From Granulicella sp. (GTDB lineage Bacteria; Acidobacteriota; Terriglobia; Terriglobales; Acidobacteriaceae), in the NCBI GenBank assembly GCA_041691255.1, contig JBEPUY010000005.1, forward strand, positions 22,114 through 86,113: a stretch of DNA of 64,000 bases. Direction: 5' to 3'. This document shows positions 59,736 through 64,000 of this stretch, in pieces (the first letter of the stretch is position 1; each line of letters opens with the position of its first letter). The notes beneath the pieces were generated by a model. That model had not been told where the DNA came from, did not search any database, and saw only the letters and a list, made by a program, of their open reading frames with translations. The position numbers and the translations under genes are program-made.

Positions 59736-62375
59736 ATGTCGCGAAAGATGCTGCCCCTGTATGCGGGCTTGATTGCAACCGTCTCGGTCATGATGGGAGT
59801 GCCTGCAGCAATCGCTCAGACCAAGCCTGTTTATATGGATTCTTCGCAGCCTGTTGCCAAGCGCGTGGACGACCTGGTGGGTCGGATGACTCTGGAAGAG
59901 AAGGTCTCGCAGATGCAGAACCATGCGACGGCGATTCCGCGCCTGGATGTTCCGGCGTACGACTGGTGGAGCGAGGGTCTCCATGGAATTGCGCGGTCGG
60001 GTTATGCGACCGTGTTTCCGCAGGCGATTGGGCTGGCGGCGATGTGGGACACACCCCTGATGCATGAGGTGGCGACGACCATTTCGACCGAGGCCAGGGC
60101 GAAGAACGCAGAGGCTCTACGTCATGGCAATCACAACATCTACTTCGGGCTGGATGTATGGTCGCCGAACATCAATATCTTCCGCGATCCGCGATGGGGA
60201 CGAGGGCAGGAGACGTATGGCGAAGATCCTTTTCTGACCTCGCGGATGGGAGTGGCGTTTGTTGAGGGCTTGCAGGGAGACGATCCGCACTACTACAAGA
60301 CGATTGCTACGCCAAAGCACTATGTTGTGCACTCTGGGCCGGAGAGCACGCGGCATACGGCAAATGTGGATGTTTCGCCGCATGACCTGGAGGACACGTA
60401 CCTGCCAGCGTTTCGCGCCACGGTGAAAGAGGCCAAGGCCGGAAGCATCATGTGTGCGTACAACGCGATTGATGGCGAACCAGCCTGCGCGAATACATTT
60501 CTGTTGTCGGACGTACTACGGAAGGCCTGGGGTTTCAAGGGATATGTGACCTCCGACTGCGGAGCGATCACGGACGTGGCCGAGGGGCACAAATTTGCTC
60601 CGGACATCGAGCACGCTTCGGCAGTGTCGGTGAAGGCGGGAACGGATACGAGTTGCGGCGATGAGTATCCCAGCCTGACCAAGGCGGTGAAGGATGGGCT
60701 GATCTCGGAGGCAGAGATCGACCAGTCGGTGAAGCGGCTGTTTACGGCACGTTTCGAGCTTGGCCTGTTTGATCCGGCGTCGAAGGTGGCTTATGCGCGC
60801 ATCCCTTTCTCAGAAGATGACTCGGTGGCGCACCGCGAACTGGCGCTGCGCGTGGCCGAGAAGTCGATGGTGCTGCTGAAGAACGATGGCATCCTGCCGC
60901 TGAAGAAGAGCGTGAAGACGATTGCGGTGATTGGGCCGAACGCGGCTGCGCTGTCTGCTATCGAGGGAAACTATAACGCGATACCATCGCATCCGATCCT
61001 GCCGCTGGCTGGGATGGAGGCAAAGTTTGGCGGACAGGCGAAGGTGCTCTATGCGCAGGGATCGCCTTATGTGACAGAGCTGACGGTTCCGGTGCCGCGA
61101 ACGATCTTGCATCCGGCGAAGGGCAGCGCGGCGTTTGGGCTCAAGGGAGAGTACTTCGACAACATCGGGTTCACCGGCAAGCCGGTGGTGACACGGGTGG
61201 ACCAGCAGGTGGACTTCGACTGGGACGCGGCTGCTCCCGTACCCGGCGTGAAGGCTACGGCGTTTGGCGTGCGCTGGACGGGAACGATTACTCCTCCAGT
61301 AGCGGGCAAGTATGAGTTCAGCTTTCGCAGAGAGGCTAAAGGGGTGCGCGTCTTCCTCGATGGCAAGCCAGTGACGCAGGAGCAGGCGCAGAAGCACAAG
61401 GCCGAGCCGTTTGTTCTGGATTTGAGCGATGGACGGGCGCATGATCTTCGCATCGAATACACCCATCACACTCCGCTGTTCGATGCAGGAATCTCGTTCG
61501 ACTGGAAGCCTCCGGTGGAGGCTGAGCGCGAAGAGGCAGTGAACGTGGCCAAGCAGGCAGATGTCGTGGTCGCGTTTGTGGGGCTTTCGCCGAACCTCGA
61601 AGGCGAGGAGATGCCGGTGCATGTCGACGGCTTTGACGGCGGCGACCGCACCGAGATCGAACTGCCTGCCGTGCAGAAGCAGATGCTCGAGGCAGTGGCT
61701 GCGACGGGCAAGCCGGTGATCGTGGTGCTGATGAATGGCAGCGCGTTGGCCGTGAAGTGGGCCAAGGAAAATGCAGCGGCAGTGTTGGAAGCTTGGTATC
61801 CGGGCGAAGAGGGCGGAGCTGCAATTGCCAATACGCTGGCGGGAGACAACAATCCAGCGGGACGGCTGCCGATTACGTTTTATACGGGAACGAAGGAGCT
61901 GCCACCGTTTGACGATTACTCGATGGCGGACCGGACTTATCGCTACTTCAAAGGCACGACGCTTTGGGGCTTTGGATATGGACTCAGCTACTCGAAGTTC
62001 AAGTGGAGCGATGTAAAGCTGTCGTCGGAGAAGCTGACGGCGGGCGAGCCGCTGACGCTGGATGCCGAGGTTGAAAATACCGGCTCGGCGAAGGGCGATG
62101 CGGTGTCGGAGATTTATCTCAAGGCTCCAGCTTCATCCACGGCTCCGATTCATTCGCTGGTGGGATTTGTACGGACCTCGCTCGATGGCCATGCGCGGCA
62201 GCATGTGCATGTGGTGATCGATCCTCGCAACCTGAGCACGGTGGCCGCAGATGGAAAGCGCAGCATTGAGGCTGGGGAGTACACGCTGTTTGTTGGCGGA
62301 GCGCAGCCCGGAGCGGATGAGGATGGTGTAACGAAACAGTTCACTATCGTTGGTTCGAAGCAGTTGCCCCGGTAG
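59736..62375 (+). CDS. Glycoside hydrolase family 3 beta-glucosidase/xylosidase with inserted PA14 domain
   Basis: It has a signal peptide, 'WSEGLHG', 'GYVTSDCGA' (the nucleophile Asp context), a PA14-like block 'LKGEYFDNIGFTGKPVVTRVDQQVDFDW..FGVRWTG', and a C-terminal Fn3-like domain. Confidence 0.9.
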   Translation: MSRKMLPLYAGLIATVSVMMGVPAAIAQTKPVYMDSSQPVAKRVDDLVGRMTLEEKVSQMQNHATAIPRLDVPAYDWWSEGLHGIARSGYATVFPQAIGLAAMWDTPLMHEVATTISTEARAKNAEALRHGNHNIYFGLDVWSPNINIFRDPRWGRGQETYGEDPFLTSRMGVAFVEGLQGDDPHYYKTIATPKHYVVHSGPESTRHTANVDVSPHDLEDTYLPAFRATVKEAKAGSIMCAYNAIDGEPACANTFLLSDVLRKAWGFKGYVTSDCGAITDVAEGHKFAPDIEHASAVSVKAGTDTSCGDEYPSLTKAVKDGLISEAEIDQSVKRLFTARFELGLFDPASKVAYARIPFSEDDSVAHRELALRVAEKSMVLLKNDGILPLKKSVKTIAVIGPNAAALSAIEGNYNAIPSHPILPLAGMEAKFGGQAKVLYAQGSPYVTELTVPVPRTILHPAKGSAAFGLKGEYFDNIGFTGKPVVTRVDQQVDFDWDAAAPVPGVKATAFGVRWTGTITPPVAGKYEFSFRREAKGVRVFLDGKPVTQEQAQKHKAEPFVLDLSDGRAHDLRIEYTHHTPLFDAGISFDWKPPVEAEREEAVNVAKQADVVVAFVGLSPNLEGEEMPVHVDGFDGGDRTEIELPAVQKQMLEAVAATGKPVIVVLMNGSALAVKWAKENAAAVLEAWYPGEEGGAAIANTLAGDNNPAGRLPITFYTGTKELPPFDDYSMADRTYRYFKGTTLWGFGYGLSYSKFKWSDVKLSSEKLTAGEPLTLDAEVENTGSAKGDAVSEIYLKAPASSTAPIHSLVGFVRTSLDGHARQHVHVVIDPRNLSTVAADGKRSIEAGEYTLFVGGAQPGADEDGVTKQFTIVGSKQLPR

Positions 62376-62401
62376 ATTAAGCCTCGCTGCAAAGTGGTAC
62401 C

Positions 62402-62446
62402 GCCCTTGTCTTCCATGATTCCGATGGAAGACAAGGGCCTTTTTGT
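62402..62446 (+). terminator. Intrinsic terminator after the GH3 gene
   Basis: GCCCTTGTCTTCCAT-GATTCCG-ATGGAAGACAAGGGC is a perfect 15-bp stem followed by CTTTTTG. Confidence 0.85.
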
Positions 62447-62601
62447 TGATCCACAGCACAAGGGAAACACCCCTTCAGATAGTTGCTTTTGATTCGTATG
62501 GGTTGCGGGTAGAATCCTCTACTGGAATAGCGCAGCGCTGGCGGCGGTTGCGAATTTATTGAGAGTTACCGGTAACGATTGCCGGTTGAGGTAGCTGGCT
62601 C

Positions 62602-64000
62602 ATGGAAAAGCGATATATTCTCGCGCTCGATCAGGGGACGACGAGTTCGCGGGCGATGGTGATCGATGATGCGGGCAATGTGGTGTCGATCCGGCAGCGG
62701 CCTTTCAAGCAGATCTTTCCCAAGCCCGGCTGGGTAGAGCACTCTCCTACGGAGATATGGTCGTCGCAGAGCGGCGTAGCCACCGAGGCGCTGGCGGCAG
62801 CCGACCTGACGGAACGAGATATTGCGGCCATCGGAATTACGAACCAGCGCGAGACGACCGTGCTGTGGGATCGCGAGACCGGCGAACCGGTGCACAACGC
62901 AATTGTTTGGCAAGACAGGCGGACGGCGGAGTTCTGCGATAGCCTGCGAAGCCATGGCCATGCTCCGATGATTCAGGCCAAGACTGGCTTGTTGCCGGAT
63001 GCTTATTTTTCCGGGAGCAAGTTGAACTGGCTCCTGAACAACGTTCCCGGAGCACGGGAGCGGGCAGAGGCGGGCAAGCTGGCGTTCGGCACCGTCGATA
63101 GCTGGCTGATATGGAAGCTGACGCAGGGCGAGAGGCACGTCACCGATGCGACGAACGCGTCGAGGACGATGCTCTTCAATATTCATACGCTGGAGTGGGA
63201 CGAAGAGCTTCTGAAGCTGCTGGATATTCCGTGGTCGGTGCTACCGGAGGTGGTGGCATCGAGCGGGCATTGCGGGACGACAAAGGGAATACTGCATGGC
63301 ATCTCCATCGCAGGAATTGCGGGAGACCAGCAAGCAGCGCTGTTTGGGCAGATGTGCACCGAACCGGGGATGGCGAAGTGCACCTTCGGCACGGGCAGCT
63401 TCATGCTGATGAATACCGGCACCAAGCCTATGACTTCGCAGAACAAGCTGCTGACCACGATTGCGTGGAAGATCGGCGACAGGGTGGAGTATGCGCTGGA
63501 AGGAAGCATGCTAATGGCCGGCGCAGTGGTGCAGTGGCTGCGCGATGAGTTGCAGATGATTCGGAGTTCGGCGGAGATTGAGTCGTTGGCGGCTTCGGTA
63601 TCCAGTACGAATGGAGTGGTGCTGGTGCCGGCGTTTGCGGGGCTGGGCGCTCCGCACTGGGACCAGTATGCGCGAGGCGCGCTGCTGGGAATGACGCGAG
63701 GAACGTCGCGGGCGCATATCGCAAGAGCGGCGCTGGAGGGGATTGCGTTGCAGGCCATGGATGTTCTGGAGGCGATGCAGACGGACTCGGGTTTGCCGCT
63801 GGCACAGTTGCGAGTGGATGGTGGGGCATCGGCAAATAATCTGCTGATGCAGATGCAGGCAGACGTGCTGGGGATCGACGTTGTTCGTCCGAAGAATGCA
63901 GAGGCTACCGTGCTGGGTGCGGCATATCTTGCGGGACTTGCCGTGGGATATTGGCCGGATAAAGAGACGATCGCGAGACAGTGGCAGATGGATCGAGTCT
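62602..64000 (+). CDS. glpK: Glycerol kinase (5' ~466 codons; continues beyond the window end)
   Basis: I translated it by hand from the ATG at 62602: [26 protein letters not shown]...[11 protein letters not shown]...[31 protein letters not shown]. It is not in the ORF track because there is no in-window stop. Confidence 0.9.
   Translation, partial: MEKRYILALDQGTTSSRAMVIDDAGNVVSIRQRPFKQIFPKPGWVEHSPTEIWSSQSGVATEALAAADLTERDIAAIGITNQRETTVLWDRETGEPVHNAIVWQDRRTAEFCDSLRSHGHAPMIQAKTGLLPDAYFSGSKLNWLLNNVPGARERAEAGKLAFGTVDSWLIWKLTQGERHVTDATNASRTMLFNIHTLEWDEELLKLLDIPWSVLPEVVASSGHCGTTKGILHGISIAGIAGDQQAALFGQMCTEPGMAKCTFGTGSFMLMNTGTKPMTSQNKLLTTIAWKIGDRVEYALEGSMLMAGAVVQWLRDELQMIRSSAEIESLAASVSSTNGVVLVPAFAGLGAPHWDQYARGALLGMTRGTSRAHIARAALEGIALQAMDVLEAMQTDSGLPLAQLRVDGGASANNLLMQMQADVLGIDVVRPKNAEATVLGAAYLAGLAVGYWPDKETIARQWQMDRV

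Noticed and set aside
1-64000. A scan for CRISPR arrays, tRNA/rRNA genes, reverse transcriptases/retrons, integrases and Tn7 genes.
   Set aside because: I saw no regularly spaced direct repeats, no cloverleaf-like or rRNA-like segments, and no RT, tyrosine/serine recombinase or TnsABC motifs in any frame of the supplied ORF set. The only mobile genes are the RAYT and the IS1 transposase.

Overview
This is a 64-kb chromosomal window. It is GC-rich (roughly 58-62% by eye), apart from two visibly AT-richer accessory stretches. The gene content includes PEP-CTERM proteins, several ECF sigma factors, a GH3/PA14 enzyme, an AsmA-family protein, and a palindromic REP element with its own RAYT transposase. 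That mix fits an Acidobacteriota (Terriglobia-like) genome, but this is inference only and no search was possible.

Layout:
- (1) 0.1-18.6 kb: a 14-gene Wzx/Wzy-type heteropolysaccharide locus. It has 3 GT4 and 3 GT2 glycosyltransferases, a CE4 deacetylase, a hexapeptide acetyltransferase, a formyltransferase-fusion protein, a Cys-rich beta-helix protein, a flippase, a polymerase, and a WbpA-like dehydrogenase / WbpP-like epimerase pair. A PEP-CTERM protein gene follows it.
- (2) 19.8-25.3 kb: a type III polyketide synthase next to a dedicated ACP + KAS-II pair, a heme-b-type (YedZ/MsrQ-like) membrane protein and a GT2.
- (3) 25.3-30.8 kb: a small secreted protein, a DoxX-like protein, an ECF sigma factor, an MscS-family channel and glmS.
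- (4) 30.8-37.7 kb: an accessory island starting directly at the glmS stop. It holds REP elements flanking a RAYT transposase, a low-GC orphan gene bracketed by inverted REPs, and a 3,265-bp IS1-family element. That element has 17-bp perfect terminal inverted repeats, an 8-9 bp target duplication and four passenger ORFs, and it sits inside one copy of a ~145-bp repeat. A GDSL lipase with a PEP-CTERM anchor follows, flanked by that repeat.
- (5) 37.7-45 kb: a D-amino-acid-like catabolic cluster (PLP deaminase, D-aminoacylase, RidA, GntP permease, Tat-exported lactonase, acid phosphatase). I interpret it as a candidate amino-aldonate (oxidised chitin product) pathway.
- (6) 45-50 kb: envelope proteins, then a translationally coupled operon of ECF sigma, anti-sigma-like protein and zinc-ribbon membrane protein, followed by an orphan LytTR response regulator.
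- (7) 50.6-64 kb: rlmB, an M1-like protein with a degenerate zinc motif, AsmA, a tandem lepB duplication carrying a decayed asmA 5' fragment, a GlmS isomerase-only paralog, an APC permease, a GH3-PA14 glycosidase, and glpK (5' part, running off the window and absent from the ORF track).

I found no rRNA, tRNA or CRISPR array. Most opposite-strand ORFs in the track are GC-driven shadow ORFs.
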